Notes under the pieces: model-generated | The model's database searches: none | Told to the model about the DNA's origin: nothing | The model's input: the letters and a program-made list of their open reading frames with translations, nothing else | Assembly (NCBI GenBank): GCA_040954595.2 | Contig: CM082583.2 | Span: forward strand, 11,173,656-11,237,655 | Direction: 5' to 3' | Origin: Balanoglossus misakiensis | Lineage: Eukaryota; Animalia; Hemichordata | Length of the DNA: 64,000 nt | Part shown: piece by piece, positions 1 to 13,200 of the stretch | Layout: every line of letters begins with the position of its first letter | Position numbering within the stretch: the stretch's first letter is position 1 | Position numbers and translations under genes: made by a program

Positions 1-3000
1 TAAAAGGGAATGCAATCATTATTTTGCAATATTTTCTCTGCATTGGAAAGGGAGGAGCCACTCCATAAAAAGTATTTGCCCATTTATTTAATTTCCATTT
101 TGACGCGGCTTGTCTAGACGAGATTATCTGCAAAGATAAAATGTTCACACACCGAAGGGAATCAGCACTGCAGACTCTGCTGATCCTGGAGATATATTTA
201 GGTTTGGAAGGGATACTGCACAAAGCCAAATTCAATTGCCATCTGTTCAAATGTTACGGTTATTTTTGATATGAGCAATCACATTGTTCATAGGTAGCTA
301 AAAAATAGACTACTGCTATCAACGGATCTATCTTGGCCACAGCTGCAGAACACACAATGCCACTGAAGTGATTCCTAAGAATTAATCGTGCCCATCAAAT
401 GGCTTCATGTTTTATATGCCCAGACAAATACACTGAGTTTCTGTGATGGCCAAGTTAATGTGTCTGGCCAGAATTGAGAGGGAGAGATATGTGCATGTCC
501 ATTAAAGATTGAAGCAAATGAGCATGCCCAGTCAAATTAAGTTACTTCTACGATGATGGTCACAGTCTGTAGGATGCCTATAGTGCAACAAATCATAGTA
601 GCTATGCGACGACTACAGTTACAGACTGTTAATGTGTACAAGAGATAAACATTTTCATTTACTGGATTAGCAGAATTTCCAGTATTCAATTTAAAATGTT
701 TACTGATTGACATTTCTTTGAGTTACCTCAAAAATGTCAGTTTAATTAGTACCGGTATATCTTACAGAATCTGAAAAGTGTGCATTTATTAACTGTTAAT
801 TTATAAGGTCTCTTGCCTATTTAAATTTCATTCAGGTTTGAAAACTTGTTATTGTTTTACAATCTGAGCGATTGAAGTTCTAAGTTTGTCAGAATATTTT
901 TGCACTTTATGTGCCACATGTTAATATGCATACAGGGCCGCACCCACCGAGGCTAGAAAAGCAGACATGATTACTGCAGCATTTGATTTGATATTCATGA
1001 GTACTGTGGCACATGACGTAAATGGTTTAAATGCTGCTGCCCTAATCCATGTTTATCATTGAATCTCAATACATGTCGATCTGTGTTGCAAATACAAACA
1101 GAAAAGGTTTCTCTGTGGAATTCAAGTTTTATATGCACTGACCTATGTGTATGTCCTGTATCTGTAGGTATGGTCGTCAATATTGCTATCATTCCACAAC
1201 CTCTACATGGCAAGGAATTCTCCAGAGGCTATGCCGGCTTTTCTTTCCCACTGATGTAATCGATGAGTTTGGCACTGGATTACATCGAAGCCTGTCAAGC
1301 TGATGGAATGAGTTGACTGGTGGGCTTGCTGAAGTAGACAGTGAATCACTGTATTTCACAAAAAAAATCGCTGGTAAGTGATACTGTATACTTTATCTTT
1401 TGCTTCTCAATCGGCATAAAGGTTTTTAATCAAAACATTTTATCCCTCAAACACGATGTTCGTCCAGCTTCAGAGAAGTGGCTGAAAGGAAACAAAACCC
1501 AGATTACAGTTAAAGGAAATTAAGAGGTTTTATTTTCAGGTTTAAAAGAACTGAACACACATTACTGGATTGACATTTTAGAGAGATTAACCACTTGAAA
1601 AATTTCCATGCATTTGAAAAAACCTGCTAGAGCATGCACGGTGGTCTGCCGGCAAAAGGATGTGGTTAAAACCCAAACAGGAATGATGAACAGCATACGC
1701 TTATGACATGATGTACATGTATACGCTCGCTCAATATTTCTTCTCAAGGGTGATTGGAAATCAATGCATTTGTGAACAGCAGGCAGCAGCTGACCTAAAC
1801 TGTCAAATAATAATTACTGATCTTCTGCTCATTGGGGAAGAGAAATGGATATAGCCGCAGGCTCTCTAAGAATGTAACTGTACGTGACATTCTTATTCTC
1901 TCGGAAAATCTACATTTTAGTGTCATACAGGGAGGTCAGACTTTACAATGTTGGAAATTATCTGCAATTATTTTATCTGAAAGCCACAGTTTGTGCATGT
2001 TGAAATGTGAAGCCCATCTTGAGGTTAGCAGATCACTGCATGTCAATCCATAGACTTTCGCAGACTTGCTCATGATGGGATTTTAATAATACTACCCATT
2101 TGCAGTGAAGATTTCCCAATCAAGATACTGTACGAAAGTGGCTGTTAGCGACTGTATATGCAAATTCAATCAATCTCCCTTTCCCCTTCCAGCAAAACCG
2201 CTGACAATTTTAACTGTCTGCCAGTTGATCCAAGGAGTGCATTATTTATGCATAGGCAGTCACAGTCCACTTTCCTCTTCTAAATTGACCATTTTGAAAC
2301 CGACTTCAAGTCGTACATATAAATGACCAAGACAGGCATTTGGCTGTTTGTTAATAAATTGAATCAGCCATTTGATAACCTCACTGGCCACAAATTTTAC
2401 GTCTCTCTAAGAAATGTATGCATGAACATTCTGGACACGTTTTTTTTCTAAAGCACTTTTAAAAAAAATCCTCGATCAACAGACATTGCTTTTTATCAGG
2501 TAAATGGCGTTATTAAAATCCATGGGATAGTATCGCTACATATAAGTGTCCTACCTTCTCAATTGATGAAAAAAGTTAAGGCTTTTATTAGCATTTTTGC
2601 TGTAAAAATTAACGAGCTGAAGAAATTACGATTCCCCGCACACAAGGTGGAAAAGTCTGTTATTACATGGTCATATACTCTTGAGAGATTTCTGTAATGG
2701 CGTGCCCACAGAAATATTCAGCATCATCATAAAAATATGATAGGAAAGAAGTAATTTCAAAGTATCTTCACACTCACAGAAAATAAAATGATACGATCAC
2801 CTTTGCCACACATCTGTCGCTATGGTGACATTAAAAATCTGATAAATATCTGATTCAATTGGAAGCCATTTTATTACAGTTGCGGTGAGACATAAAAGTC
2901 AGTCAAGAATGAAAGACTCAGTAATGCAGACTTTGGTACATATAATTCTGATGGATGGATATATTCATTACACATGACGTATGTTTTATTGCATCGTTCC

Positions 3001-3344
3001 TTCGTTCTCAATGTCAGCTGGCTCTTGCTGATGTGCCGGTATTTGGACTTGCTGCCTCGATGTTAACAAAATAGGATATATGAGCATAACAAGCTTTCCC
3101 AGAATCTTCAGTTATCATATTTGACTGATGACGTCATTACAGTATTGAAATACCACATTGCCCGCAAGCAGGTTTAATGCTGATGTTGCCTAGTCAATGT
3201 GATCAAAAATTAATGTGCAGGATAATGTAAATTACTATGCATTAAACGAGATTGCCTGAATAGCCGATCAAAGATGGTTAATTGACTTTGCTTGGCTTCC
3301 CAACACATTCCAATTGAAAGAACTTATCTATTCTGTTTATTACC

Positions 3345-3503
3345 ATTCATTTTGGCGAGATTTTTACTGTCATCCTGCAAACTAGGATTTAAGTTGTGTG
3401 TGGTAGAACGTTGATTCACTATACCGGTAAATCCACATGTAGAATAACATAAATGGTGTCTTGTATCAATGGAAAAGGGCAGCGAGAGAGAGACATTGTC
3501 CCT
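3345..3503. mobile_element. Truncated half copy of the same palindromic MITE family
   Basis: attcattttggcgag...aagttgtgtgtggt...atccacatgtagaataaca...gtgtcttgtatcaa...ggcagcgagagagagacattgtccct|ttaa aligns to 8945-9113. No partner arm seen nearby. Confidence 0.8.
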
Positions 3504-5831
3504 TTAAACCAACACTGAAATCATTTCGGAACAGTACGTCCAATTCCTGGTATTTCACTCCGCCTGATTGAACGGAAATCAGAGCGTCCATATAACCACA
3601 GCTCGGCCAGTTAATCTTTTATAATGACACCCATGAATGTTGAAAGAAGCAACATGTGCGAATTACAGAATGCAATTTCCATTAATGGACCAATGCATCC
3701 TTCATTGATGCTAAATTAATGTACCTTGGGGAAAAGTGGTTTTAAAAACAAGGCAGTATTTCAAATCTCTCTATTTTGCGCTAAAGTGAAGTCTGCATGC
3801 TTTGAAGAAACTTAATAATTAAATAGTTCCTAGAGCAATAACAGAAAGTTTTGCAGGCAGTTTTAAATTTCAAATATTGGTAAATATTTAATATATTTGA
3901 ATTCTATAATTATAAAAATGCTTGTGAACCCACAGTTTTTGATATCAGGAATGATCTAGGCATATCCAGTATATGATTTAGGAAACCCAAGTTAACATTT
4001 ATTTCTCCTGTACAGAGGAAAAAATCGTGGAAAAAGGGTCATTTTGCCAGAGCTCTATATTCTTTTTTTTTCATGGAGTTGACTTTGTTCTGATTTGTGC
4101 TGTGCTCATTTTCTGTGCTGTGCTGTATTGTTTAGTGTTTGTCTTTGCAACTGGATAATTATGATAATGTGATATTTGACCTATGAAATTCGGGATACTA
4201 ATGGATACGATTGCAATTATTTTAGTCCCTGGCAAGCTTTAAGTCAGGAAGTGGGACTGAAGGAAATCAATTCTTTGTATGTATGCCTCAGTTGGCAGGA
4301 TTATTCCACGATTCTAACATGCCTGAATTGATTATGTTGGAAATTGGCACAGATTGTACAGTATTCATGTCAATTTGAAATTTGCTGTATAATGTCACCA
4401 CGGTTGACTGAAAAACACATCACTTAAATTTATCAAACATGTAATAGTGTATTTTGCGATGCCATTTTATTATAAAAACTGATTCAGACTCCTCTCATCT
4501 TTAAAAAAAGATTTTTACCGATGTGATATACATCATATTAGTTCTTGCAGAGTTCTTGTACACGAACTGCACAATCATCGATCTTGTCACACCTTTTAAT
4601 GATGTTGAGATGACGTACATACACTGCAGAAGAGATGTTGGTCAGGAGTGAAACGAATTGCCGCAAGAGTATAAGCAGCGCAGAGTTTCTTTCTTGATAA
4701 CTTATAAGCTCCATTGGCACATTTGCATCATAAATCTCCTCCTTTAAAAGTCAGAATTCACTATCAACTTGACGTGATCCCTCAGGGATCTGTCGCTTTT
4801 ATTGCTTTCATTCTGACGAGAACACCGTGGCAGATTTTGAGGCACCTCACTCTTTAATAACACCAAGGTAACCTCTGCAGCGCCGTAAAAGACGCCACTT
4901 GTCATTCCTTGTCAGGTGACCTTTTGATGCCTTTTCAAGTCTCCATCTTTCACTTCCACAGCATTAGCAGGCCTGGCAGGATAATGCATTGCTATTTTCA
5001 GGGAGACACCATTAGATATTCATGATAGCATATTGTGGATACCCATGGGGATGACCCTGCCCGTAATTTGCATACATCACACCAGATATGCTCCAGTCTG
5101 CATCATTCGACTTGAAGAGCCAGTCTTCTATGCATTATGACTTCCGCACAGTATAAATTCAGTTGAGCAATTCTGTTTTTCTTGACAGGGCGATCAGGCC
5201 ACTCCCTCGATGTGACCTACACTTACTTCAGAAGAAACCATAGCAACGCTGCATGCATGTTGCCATCATTGTGCACGTTCCACACAGTGTACCAGGTGGG
5301 TGTTCTCATCATCTTGTGACTTAGCTAGTACACAAAATAATCACCTTAAGTTAAGCTAAAGAAAACTGACAAGCACCTGATGCTAAGCGCGAGTAGTTAT
5401 CTCCAGAAAACATGACAGCGGATTCCTGTTTACCGCTGCCCATTTATTTTTGATGCAAAGCATTACGTATAAGCTGACATCTCTTCTTCGGCAAATTATC
5501 TTGATGCCTCTGGAAGGTTTTATCTCACTGAGAAGTTGGGTTTCACTCATTGATTATATCATCCAAATATCTAAAGAACCAAAGATATCTGCAGGTACAT
5601 GAGTCATATCTGTATTTACCTTGTAAGGCAAGCGTTGGCTGTAGTTGATTCACAGAACAAAAATACTGAAAATATAGCCAAAAGTTACAGCTGGTGTTTT
5701 ATTAATCATTCAAGGTTGAGTTGACAGCCACTGTTTTATTGTACATTTTTCACAGATGTGAGTCTACTCCGAAGTGTGGAGTTAAATGTAGCTTAGTTCT
5801 TGTGCACGGCCATTCCGGAACGCCTCCATCC

Positions 5832-7632
5832 ATGTTTGGCATCAGCTGTAGCAAGAAGACGCAACAGGTCATCGTAGGCATATTCATAACTCTGCTGATA
5901 GTCGGGATTCTGGCCTGGTACTACGTCAGCCAGCATGCCCACATCATCATCGTCACGCTGGGACCTCTGGAGCTGAACGGGAGGCTCCGGCAGTTGATGG
6001 TGCAAGACCGGTATGGCGATGACAAACTGGAGATCATGCTCGGCCAGCAGTTGACGGTGACGTCCGTTCCCATCCACTGCGACGGGGTGGGCGGGCGGAT
6101 GAATCTCTGCATGGAGTGGATGGAGGATACGGTCGAGCTGGCCTCCATGAAGCTGGCCCGGGTGAAGATCGACTTCAACTCCATCGACACGCACGCCCGT
6201 TGCTACGACGTCCACTGGCAGGCGCTGTCGCACTACTTCGTGCCAGAGGACTGCATCACCTTCGGGGAGGGCCACTGGTACGGCGGAGCCCCTAGTTACC
6301 AGCAGCGCTTCACCCTGGAGAAGTCGCACACCTGCATGCAGCCGTACATCACAGGCGACCTGTGGAGTAAGCGCAAGGGATACGGATCGGTGCTGGAGAG
6401 GATATGGATGTCCAGCAGCGGCATGATGATCTCCATCCCGGATGAAACTATTCCGCTGCACGTGAGCGTCAACGACCGGAACAAGAAGCAGCTCTGTCTC
6501 AAGGCAGACTATGCAGACTCCAAGTACATGTATTCCAATCTGGAGGAAGGCTTCCCAGAACTGCGCTACACAATCTGCGATGCTGGAAACATTAAACAAA
6601 TCCACGAGTATGCCATGAACAGGTACTACAAAGCTCCAAACGGGCAACCCGATGAGAGGATGATCAACTTCCCCGTCTGGGCGGTGAAGTCGTATTTTGA
6701 TGCAGTCGTTAATCAGAGCGAAGTGCTCGAAGTTGCTGAAGAAATCAGAGACTACGGTTTCAATAGAAGTCACATTGTGATTGATGAGAGGCATTCCACA
6801 TACTATGGGGATTTTGATTTTGATCCGGAAAAATATCCGGCCCCCAAATCTATGATAGAAGATCTTCACGATATGGGATTTCGGGTAACGCTGAATGTGA
6901 GTCCTTTTGTAAATGTCAATTCACACTATGTCTACCCAGGAATGCAGCAAGACTTTTGGATAAGGTACGGAACAGGCGACGTTCCGGGACTGGTTCCTTA
7001 CTTTGGAAATATTGGGTTTGTCCTGGATCTCACCAATGATAGAGCCCTGACGTGGTTTCGGAAAGGGTTGAAGAATCTGCAATACAAGTATGGCATTGAC
7101 GCCTTTAAGTTTGTTGGTGGGGAGGCAGATTATCTTCCAAGCAGTTACATCACACACCGACGGGAATCAATGAAAAACCCTGTGATGTACAGCCATCACT
7201 TTGTTGAAACGGTGATGGAGTTCGGACCGGAGACGCAGATCCGGGTTGGGCACAGAACGCAGGCAGTGCCAATGTTTATCAGAATGGGAGAAAAACATTC
7301 GGGATGGGGCTACAACAACGGCCTCAAAGCCATCATTCCCACTATTCTCCAGTATGGCGTACTGGGATATCCGTATGTGATTCCGGCACCGATAGGGGGA
7401 GATCCTAACGGGAGCGAACTGAACTCCGTCGCCGAGGCGGCCGGATTACCGGAGCGGGAACTGTACATTCGGTGGCTGGAATTGGTCACTTATCTACCTG
7501 TCATGGAATTTACAACGCTTCCTTGGAAGTACGACCCAGAAGTGGTGGACATTGCCCATAAGATGGTGAAGATCCATGAAATCAAGGTGGCACCACTAGT
7601 CTCAAGTCTGATCAGAGATGCTGTGCAAACTG
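5832..7632 (+). CDS. MYORG: MYORG-like glycoside hydrolase family 31 protein, coding exon 1 (type II TM anchor, N-terminal beta domain, TIM barrel); probable pseudo-enzyme
   Basis: Within ORF 5721-7640. Acceptor ttttcacag ends at 5755, first in-frame ATG at 5832, then TM helix VIVGIFITLLIVGILAWYYV. MYORG-like motifs: HWYGG, YGSVLERIWMSSSG, YGDFDFDPEKYP, GFRVTL, WGYNNGL, LGYPYVIP, LPERELYIRWLE, PWKYD. Donor TG|gtaagt at 7633 (phase 1). Start could extend to 5756 if an upstream coding exon exists. Confidence 0.88.
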
Positions 7633-8760
7633 GTAAGTAAAAATATTTAACCACATCAACCAATTAACAGTATAATAATAAAAAAATTAATGGCATTTCA
7701 ACTACTGGGGTCACCGTTTTATAAATGTGCATTAAGGATTAATTTGCAAATTGGCTTCAGGACAAAAGTGATATTATTAACTACTTAACAGGGCCAATTT
7801 TAATTAAACATTAATTACATCCTGCTAGCTGCCATGATGATGCCAGATTAGGCTCATCTGCATTCTTTTCTTTCATGGCTTGCAACCCTGCTTTACTCCC
7901 ACGACTGACACAATTTCTATAAATCATTATGAGAGATTTGCTTTCTTTTCAGTGCGGTGTACGGTATGTATGGCATATGAAAGTGAGGGCGTCATCAGTA
8001 ATTCACACAGATTTTATTTTTTTAGGTGTTGTGTATGAGTACTATAGCCAAATGAAAGGTTTCTGAAATTGTGTGTAGAGAGTTACTCTGAGATTATTAA
8101 CAAGAATGTCAAAGTACCACAGGCACTGAGTGATATACTGCATTTCACAGAAATTTGAAGTGAATCGTATATAACGATAATACGACGTGACACATATCGA
8201 GAAAGGGAAACTCTCTAATGGCCTTAATGCAAGCGCTGCGATGCAAAATAAATTTCCATCCTCGATATAAAGCTTTGATGGTAAACTACTGCATTCAGAA
8301 ATTATGGACGCTAAAACAGAATGGATGTCTTTCGGGTGATTTCGCTGCGGCAGATCTCAGAGTCCCCTTTTGATATGCTGGTTGCGTGCCAGGGGATATA
8401 GATGTCTGGCTTCCTGGCGAACAGAAAGGGGAAAAAAGCTCTCTGCCTGCAACTCAGACATAACGAACGATAAATTGTTCAGACGCCGATAGCATTGATT
8501 GCACAAGTGGTGTGGCTTGATTTTCAAACAAGTGGCAATGACGTCAATTCAGAAACGAGCTGTTAACGCTAGAATGCATCTGAAGACTTCAAATGCGTCC
8601 ACTCAATCTTCAAGACTTTTACTCAGTTGTGCAGATAACACACTCTATCAATCGTACTGACTTGAATTCCCTAGAAGACGGAAAAATTCAAATGTGCTAT
8701 AAACCAACTCCATAATTTCAAAGGACGGTCACAGTACATTAATTATTAAGAACAAATTAA

Positions 8761-9109
8761 AGGGACAAAGTCTCTCTCTCGCTGCCCTTTTTTCCATTAA
8801 TTATGTTTGATACAAGACACTGGTTATGTTAATGTAAATGTGGATATATAGTGAATCAATGATCAACCACACAAAACTTCCATCCCACTTGTATGATATG
8901 AGAGTAAAAACTCACCCAAAATGAATAAATGGTAAAGAACGATTATTCATTTTGGCGAGTTTTTTTCACTCTCCTGACTATAAGAGGGATGGAAGTTGTG
9001 TGTGGTTGAACGTTCATTCACTATATATCCACATGTAGAATAACAAACAGTGTCTTGTATCAAATATAATTAATGGAAAAAAGGGCAGCGAGAGAGAGAC
9101 TTTGTCCCT
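8761..9109. mobile_element. Palindromic MITE (TTAA-AGGG termini, T2/Kolobok-like) in the MYORG intron
   Basis: TTAA at 8757-60 and 9110-13. TIR agggacaaagtctctctctcgctgcccttttttccattaattat... matches over ~60 bp with one mismatch, and imperfect complementarity continues to a ~14-nt central loop near 8929-8942. Confidence 0.85.
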
Positions 9110-9237
9110 TTAAGGCTTGATTCTCTTAATTTAGGCATTTTTTCTGCATTCAATTGTTGTTAAAGTTTTACAAACAACTTTTTTAAAGCCAAACAATATA
9201 ATTGTGAATTAATTGTTTCCCCTGTGGTATGTTGCAG

Positions 9238-9536
9238 GTGCTCCCATTATCCGTCCACTTTGGTGGATAGCCCCGGAAGATCCTCCGGCTCTTGCGGAAG
9301 ACACAGAGTTCCTGATCGGAAACGACTTCCTGGTGGCTCCAGTACTGGAAAGAGGACACCTCAAACGTGATATTTATTTACCTAGCTTACCGGACGGAAA
9401 GTGGAAGGACCTGCTGTACGGTAAAATCTACGACGGCGGTCAGTGGTTGAAGGACTTCCCAGTTGATCTAGACAACATCGCCACTTTTGTCAAGATCACT
9501 GAAGAGGAAGGAGAAATAATGGACTATGTCAGATAA
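9238..9536 (+). CDS. MYORG: MYORG-like GH31 protein, terminal coding exon (C-terminal beta domain)
   Basis: Acceptor gttgcag ends at 9237. The phase-1 join gives TG-APIIRPLWW, followed by FLIGNDFLVAPVLERG and RDIYLP..GKWKD, typical of the GH31/MYORG C-terminus. Stop TAA ends at 9536. Spliced CDS is 2100 nt (699 aa). Confidence 0.9.
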
Positions 9537-12500
9537 TGAGTGAAATTTAAAGGCCGACGATTATCTTACGAGCATTACGTCCAATCTTAGTGTTCTGCAA
9601 ATATTGCGTTTGACCTAATTAAATATCCAAATTACTGGTGTATAAAAAGTTCTTGAACAGTCTCAAATCAACATGTATATGATTTTGAAGTACCGGGTAT
9701 CATGTTTAAGGTATGTTTTACTGATGTGAATATTTACTGTGCATTAACTACCTGAATCCTAGACTTTTTACAGAATTTAGTGAAATTGATGGATATAATA
9801 TCATTTGTATGTACAGAAGAGTAGAAATGAATATTGTCAAAATTTATAGTTGATAGAGTTTAGAAACCATGGTTAATGACAGATGAACAATTTTAGGGGA
9901 CAGAAAGTAGGATTGTGTATCTGGAATATTGTCAGTAAGTTTTCAAACTGTATTGTAAAACTCCTTGGTGCTATGTGCAAGTGATTGATGGTTTTTTTGT
10001 TGCTCAGTGTGTTTGTCAGGGAAATTATATCCTGAAATTGCATTAACTTGTTAGGCTGATCGCAATGATTTCTCATCCTCAAATATGCTGAAATGAGCTT
10101 TCATTTGTCAGAATTAAAAATTGCCAAAAGTGTCAGTGTTTACAGTTGCAGTGCCTTTAATTTTACATATTCAAGTTGTGTTGTTTTGAACAGCATTTTC
10201 TTGTAGAATTTTACTGTGTAGAGGTTTTCAAAATGATGGGCTTTCATGGCAGAAGTTATGTGCACAGAGTCAAACATGTACAGTACTGACACAGCTATGA
10301 AAACACAATCACTCTTCCAGGACAGTAAAATCGCCGACAAAGCCAAGTTTTCACATTCATACCAAATTACGTGTTGAATGAAAAAAAATATAATTGTTGG
10401 TACCTCTTTCAAACTGTTGTCATGTAAACATATGTGATGACATTTATTTTTTTGACGAGTATTTTTGTATTTTTGTAAAACAGTCAGCATTGTCTTGTGA
10501 CAGTAACTTAGCTTTACAATATAGCTTCATACTGCGCTCATCTGGTCAAAAGAGGGCGCTACACATACACCACATAGGTAATACAGGTAACATTATAAAG
10601 GGCAAACTCATGAATTTTTGACAATATTTTGGGGAAATTTGCGTTATATTCAGTAAACAGAACAAGAAAAATAACATCTCACACTACTGTTTATCCACTA
10701 AACATAAAGTATCCAAAATAATGTCAAAAGTTGGGGATTTTGTCATTCTAAGAGAGCTAAATGTACGCTATTGTTATATTTTGTCAGAATGTAAATATCT
10801 GCTATGATACATGAAGGTTAATGTGATAGATGGCCTTTTTGCAATGTACAGTATGCATCAGGAGCTGACAAATGCTCAGTGTTTTGTATAAATTCTTTTT
10901 TATTAAGCTTGCTTCACGGCTGCCAAACTGGTGGAGTAACATAATTACGGTTACGCTTGATAAAACAGTGCAATAGGATTGATTGCCAATTGTATTTATT
11001 ATGCAAAGATCGAATAAAAATGCAAAGGAATATAAAAACTGCTGACTATAGTATGTTATGTGACTCTTGAATAAATCATTGAATTTTGGAGACTTCCATT
11101 GTACTTTGCGGAGAACCATTTGTTTTCTAGGGAATAAAAAATTTACTGTACAACACTTGCTGACGTATACCCAAATCCTCCATCCACCCCCCCCCCCCCC
11201 AGAAATCAAATGGTTCCCCCTTAGTGTATGTGATGTCACTGTTACTTTGAATAAGACAGTTTTCATGTTTCACATCATTATGATCTCGTGTGGGCTAATT
11301 TATCTCCACAAAACATGTCTGTGATAAACAGCTGATATCCCAAGACTTAGACTAGAGGCTCTTTTTGAATCATTCCTCCTTGCTGTCTCATGCTCAATGG
11401 CACCACCGAATGTTACCATGGAAACGTTATATTACCATAGAAACGTCATATAACTGTACTTAATGAAATTAGCAAACCTACCTCACATGATTCACCAAAA
11501 ATCGACCATTTCGAGACGTGCCTTAGCCTTATATATGTTGACGTGTTGGAGCAAAACAACCGTGTACTATCTTCGATCTATAGAGGGCGCTCGACATATG
11601 GGTATGGGACCAGCTGGCTGATTACTCCGACCAGCAAGCCACTTAACAACTATATGACCATGACAGTTGGAATTATGTAATCACTGTGGGTCTTTTTTCA
11701 TAAAAAGATGTAAAATTCACCATTTCTGGTGGTAGACTGGTTGGAAACAAGAGACAGACAGAGGCAGAGTGAGAGGGAGACAGACAGACAGAGAGACACA
11801 CCCACCCACATACATTCCAAACATTGACAAAGGTCACATATTCCACACATCTCATCATAAAGAGCCTTTATCCCATTTTTAAAGGTACAGAATATAACTG
11901 TATGTAGGCAGACAAGTAAAAAAGTGCTTACAGTATGTTCACTCGTTTCTATACTCAAGCTTTGCAAGAAGTCGCTTGGAGAACCACAACTTTGACTAGT
12001 TGTCATGGAAAATCAACAAAATTATTCACACAACTTGGCAGCCATTTTGAATGTAACTCATGTACACAGTACACTAGCAAATTTCCATTTAATGTGGTTC
12101 TGTCAGGCCACATTTTGCACTAACAGGACAGTTGACCCCCTTGAAATTTACCATGTGAATTCCTTCTCCCTGTCAGGTGGGATTAGGGTTAGGGGTGCGT
12201 GTCCAAGGTTACGGTTAACTACAAAATGGGCAACTGTCCCAGAATCTCATTTGCATTGCAACGCTTTCAAAAAAGAGTTAGTCCTAATCATTTCATGAAA
12301 TACAACTCATCATTTGTTGCAAATGCATTTTCCTCCATGGGATACAGGTGCTTGGCATCAACAAATATAGAAAGGAGAGAGAAAAAAATGTTGGAAGTTT
12401 TGAATAAAATTCGATAGTCACTGCCTAGCTATTCAAGTATAACACAGACTGTATTAGATACAGAAAAAAGTTTGAAAGCTGCATCTTGCCTTTGACTCAA

Positions 12501-13166
12501 TCATTGTAAAATGCATTGTATTTCACATATCAAACTGTCATGATTAATTTTATAAATCTCCATCGCAAATGAGGCTCACCAGAAAACATGCAACAACTAA
12601 AGCAAAAAGTTCTTACAAGGAACCAATAAATATTGTATCATGTATTTCGTCACATGAATGTAAATCCGGGGTCATACCTTGAAAACAAAAAGGCATAGGT
12701 TACAATGGAAAGCAAAAATTTCTCATATCTCACAAAATATAGATGGGGCTATTTTTTACCAATTGCCAGGTATTTGCTGAATCCGTGACAATTATGCTCA
12801 TTTTCCATTGTTCCGGAACTAGTGGTGACTGATCCACAACTTGCCAGCCGGCCCTGTATCAACCCTTTTAGTAAAGTGTCCTTTGATGTTTTCTCTGGAG
12901 AAATGGAACTTAGTACTTAGGAAACGGGGGTGGTCCAGTTATGAAATTTATTGGTTTCCTGCTACAGGTAAAAGCAATTTCTGGCAATCATTTCGTGTGC
13001 AAAACACCAGTTTACCGAGTGGTCTCTTTGTATGACCATACATTGTTGATTACACTCCGAGTTTCACACACGATAAGTGCCATTCTCACATTCTTTCAAC
13101 CATTCTATGTTGGATCACATACATCTGTGCATTTTTGTTCATGTCAGTAGAGTTGGTAGAAACTGT

Positions 13167-13200
13167 AAGATACATGTATTCATACCAATACATGTATCTT
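13167..13200. repeat. Perfect 14-bp inverted repeat with 6-nt loop, downstream of FEM1
   Basis: aagatacatgtatt-catacc-aatacatgtatctt. Confidence 0.8.

Noticed and set aside
5721-5755. ORF-track N-terminus of MYORG starting at TTG 5721
   Set aside because: Lies in the polypyrimidine tract/acceptor of an intron; not a eukaryotic start.
5793-6869. 358-aa antisense ORF over MYORG
   Set aside because: Shadow of GC3-rich sense codons; no recognisable motifs.
12183-12218. TTAGGG-like telomeric motif
   Set aside because: Only two units plus degenerate copies; too short to call an interstitial telomere.
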